This document shows, piece by piece, positions 61,501 through 64,000 of a stretch of 64,000 nt of DNA. The translations under genes and the position numbers were made by a program. The notes beneath the pieces are model-generated. The model saw nothing but the letters and a program-made list of their open reading frames with translations, had not been told where the DNA came from and made no database searches. Each line of letters starts with the position of its first letter. The stretch's first letter is position 1. Location of the stretch: contig NC_043005.1 in NCBI RefSeq assembly GCF_006345805.1, positions 27,714,001-27,778,000 on the forward strand. Reading direction: 5' to 3'. Source of the DNA: Octopus sinensis (taxonomy: Eukaryota).

Positions 61501-62881
61501 TTTCCTATAATTTTTTCCTGTCATTTTCTTTAAATTCTGTTCAATGAGTTGGATCTGTGGTTAAGTTCACTTAGTAACCATGTAGTTCCAGGTTCATTCC
61601 TACAGTATGGCACTGTGGGCTAGTGTCTTCAACATGCCCACAGTGGGCTGCCCAATGCCATTAAAGTGAATTTGGTAGACAAACTCTATGGAACGTGTGT
61701 GTACATTTGTGCCTTCCGATTGTATCTTGCTTTTGTTTACATTCTCACATTTTAACATTAAGAAAACTCAATGTCACCATTTAAGCAGTGGTGTTGTTTT
61801 TGCCCACCATAAAAACATGTCTGGCCCATTAAGTGCTTAGTCATGACAAAACGAAAGCTAGAATAATAAGTACCTTACTTAGGAACAAGAAGGGGCTGGC
61901 AACAAGAAAGGTATCCAGCCAAAGAACAGAATCTCAACAAGTTTCATCCACCCCATGCCAGCATGTAAACTACAGATGTGATGATGACTGAAGCTATCCA
62001 ATAGGTGAAATGTTGAATTGTTTTAAATATACTATCACTGTCATCACAAGCAGAGAGCAGTAACAGACTTGTATAGTATAATGTCTCATATATATAATGT
62101 AGCAAGATGAAATATATATAATGTAGCAAGATGGATTAACTCAGATGAAACTGGTAGACAAAAAATCTCTCAGGATTAAAATCTAAAAACAGGCATAAAA
62201 GAGATCAGCAGGTCAAAACTAGATTGCAAGAGATCTGGTCCTTACTCCCTTTGAACCGACCCGCTTAAGACTACTCCTGCTTCTATGATGTACACTTCCT
62301 ATTTTGAAATAATTTAAAAATTTCCCATCAAAATTTTGTGCTAATTTATTTTCCAAAATCTAGCTTAAGTATCCTATTTTATAAAATTCTTTATTATTTC
62401 CAAAATTTATTGAAAAGAAAGTCAGTGCATTTCAAAGAAAATATGATAATAAAATGGCTAAACTCAAGTGGTGAAAGAAACAGGCATATTTTGGACTTAT
62501 TAGACCTCCTCATATTTTATTTAGAAATATTTTTAAATGATCAGTATGTATAGAAATGGGTAGGTTGCAAGAGTGTGGGTGAGAAGCAAGTGTAATACAT
62601 GGTAAGGGTGAAAGATGTATGCAGGTGGAAGAGTGATAATTTGGTGGCCCAGGAGGGTGATCAATGTAAAATGTGGGTGGAGAAGACAGAATTAAGAATG
62701 AAGGAAAACGAGATGGCTCACAGTAGTGAAAAAACATAAATGGTGCCAGGGAAATGCTGGTGAAATACGCAGTTCTGTTCAGATTTAATTACAACAGCAG
62801 AATACAGCAGTTAGAAAGAAGATAGTGGGTGGTGGGATGTCTTGAGGAGGAAATTGGGGGAGGAGCCCACATATGCACATA

Positions 62882-63045
<164 letters not shown>

Positions 63046-63049
63046 TGTG

Positions 63050-63555
63050 TTTTCAGAAACAGTTTTGCAAGGATGGGCAGGTTTTCTCAAGTGCTGCATA
63101 TTGCCAATCATTCCAGCCATCCCTACCATGAGGTTCAAAGTTCTGATATCAGCTTTTACCATTTCATCTAATGTTTTCCTATGCCTCCCACTTTCACAAC
63201 CTCTGCATTAAGTGATCAACACTTCTTTTATACAATCGTCCTCATCCATGTGCACCAAACGTCCACACCATTACAGTTTTCTCTCTTGCACCCTAAATCT
63301 GATACCTTTTTATAGCTAGTTTTTCTCTGAACACATTTGTGGTTCAGTGTTCATGCATATGCTGCACATCCAACAGAGTATGCTACCTTAATTTCTTTCT
63401 CAAACTTTAAACATTCAAGACACGTGTCTCACTGCAATGCAGCATCAGTTTCAACACAAACAACATACAATTCACCATTCACTGTAAAGGAAAAGATCTT
63501 AATGACAGCAGTACAGTAGCTCCCTCAAACTGCTCTTACCCTGGCTACTATATAT
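63050..63555 (-). mobile_element. RTE-clade LINE 3' coding fragment
   Basis: RL*WCGRLVHMDEDDCIKKC remnant; a related + strand piece (VKGTCGRGRPRKI..EVVKHDL) lies at ~13460-13600. Confidence 0.7.
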
Positions 63556-63950
63556 ATATCTTTTACTTGTTTCAGTGATTTGACTGCGACCATGCTGGAG
63601 CACCTCCTCTAGTCAAGTAGATCGACCCCAGGACTTATTCTTTGTAAGCCTAGTACTTATTCTATCGTCCACTTTTGCTGAACTGCTAAGTTATGGGGAC
63701 ATAAACACACCACCATCGGTTGTCAAGCGATGTTGGGGGGACAAACACAGACACACAAACTACACACATATATATATATACATATACACGACAGGCTTCT
63801 TTCAATTTCTGTCTACCAAATCCACTCACAAGGCTTTGGTCGGCCCTAGGCTATAGTAAAAGACACTTGCCCAAGGTGCCATACAGTAGGACTGAACCCG
63901 GAACCATGTGGTTGGTAAGCAACCTACTTACCACACAGCCACTCCTGCAC
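63555..63950 (-). mobile_element. Family B SINE
   Basis: Colinear with 3925-4290. Confidence 0.8.
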
Positions 63951-64000
63951 CTATGGAAAAAAAGGTCAAGATAGAAAATGCTAAAATAATTTTATAAAAA

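Overview
AT-rich, microsatellite- and retroposon-dense animal genomic DNA. The repeat landscape looks like an Octopus/coleoid cephalopod genome; this is inferred from the repeat families, not proven. Positions ~6.1-48.6 kb on the minus strand hold one multi-exon gene, the orthologue of AGBL5/CCP5 (cytosolic carboxypeptidase 5, a tubulin deglutamylase). I assembled it by hand from 12 phase-consistent GT-AG coding exons plus a probable 10-nt terminal coding exon, giving ~1040 aa with all M14 zinc and catalytic motifs intact. Introns and flanks contain decayed mariner/Tc1 transposons, piggyBac-like, hAT-like and other MITEs, fragments of RTE, CR1-like, Tx1-like and RLE-clade LINEs, several SINE families, and many long fold-back palindromes. 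The most notable unannotated signal is about nine type I hammerhead-ribozyme motifs in several different small-element contexts. Four have an intact catalytic core. One sits in a ~355-bp retrozyme-like unit with terminal redundancy, and one family couples a tRNA-like Pol III head to a hammerhead. Repeat boundaries are approximate unless a TSD or TIR is quoted.
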